Shown here piece by piece: positions 63,449 to 64,000 of a DNA stretch of 64,000 nucleotides. A model generated the notes under the pieces. The model did no database searches. It was given only the letters and a program-made list of their open reading frames with translations, and was not told the DNA's origin. The first letter of the stretch is position 1, and every line of letters begins with the position of its first letter. Source of the DNA: Peribolospora baueri (lineage: Eukaryota). The translations under genes were made by a program, and so were the position numbers. The stretch spans positions 62,001-126,000 of the forward strand of contig JAMDHS010000036.1 in assembly GCA_029717555.1 (NCBI GenBank), read 5' to 3'.

Positions 63449-64000
63449 ATGTTCTCCCTCACGGTAGTTCGGAGGGCCCAGCATGTGCACAAGCCCCTAA
63501 TCCATTTCCTCGGCAAGCGCCAGGCACCTGTTGGTGAGCTTGGAGCTTGGGAGTGCGGCGGGGCGAAATCGCGTCAGAGAATGCCGAAGGTCGTGCTGAC
63601 ACTTTCGCCTTCCTTTCGTCTCATCGTCTCCTCATACGCTCTTCCTAGAACCTCATACCCTTCATGCGCACCCGTTAGCGCCAAAGGAAATTGTTTCTGA
63701 TTTTGACAATTTCCTCGAAAAGTAGGCCATATCGGACGAGAGGATAACGCGCCGTCACGGAAGCGGGACCTGGAGAGCTAGTTTGACCGGATACGTTGCC
63801 ATTTCCCAGGTTCAGGACCGGTCCACACATCAATTCCAATGCTATTTCCATCTCCTCTTCTTCCTCCCGTCCGTCGGCTCCGTCACATTCGTCCTCAGGC
63901 TCTTCGCCTTCAAGCGGTGGTAGTGCACAGCATGAGTACGTTGGGGAGCTCCCTTCGCGATACCGCAACGCGGGCGCTACTATTAGTCAGCGGGAGATAG
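63449..64000 (+). CDS. KGD4: Kgd4/MRPS36 (2-oxoglutarate dehydrogenase adaptor); runs off the window end
   Basis: MFSLTVVRRAQHVHKPLIHFLGKR, HAHPLAP and ELPSRYR...ISQREI across two GT-AG introns. Confidence 0.85.

Overview
Gene-dense, GC-rich, intron-rich eukaryotic nuclear DNA. The splice signals (GTGAGT/GTGCGT donors, CTGAC/CTCAC branch sites, YAG and AAG acceptors) and protein families point to a basidiomycete fungus. I reconstructed about 22 spliced loci by hand. Most are housekeeping genes: ECH1 tail, PPM1, a DSF2-like Sel1 protein, SEC17, TRS31, MFAP1, VPS38/UVRAG, SNF4, SSH4, UBR1, ALO1, NUS1, an SH3BGR-domain protein and KGD4. There are also an OPT peptide transporter with about 24 introns, an MFS sugar porter and a trypsin-like protease. 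The best new leads are not visible as single ORFs in the track: (1) a 3-exon, 79-aa metallothionein-like gene at 43017-43569; (2) a 4-exon Ragulator LAMTOR5-like gene that needs a GC-AG intron; (3) two decaying enzyme genes, each beside a nutrient transporter; (4) a PTS1-like C-terminus (-AKL) on ALO1. I found no transposon, CRISPR array, tRNA or rRNA. All family assignments come from recognising motifs by eye, not from database searches. Multi-exon CDS coordinates are spans from start codon to stop codon.
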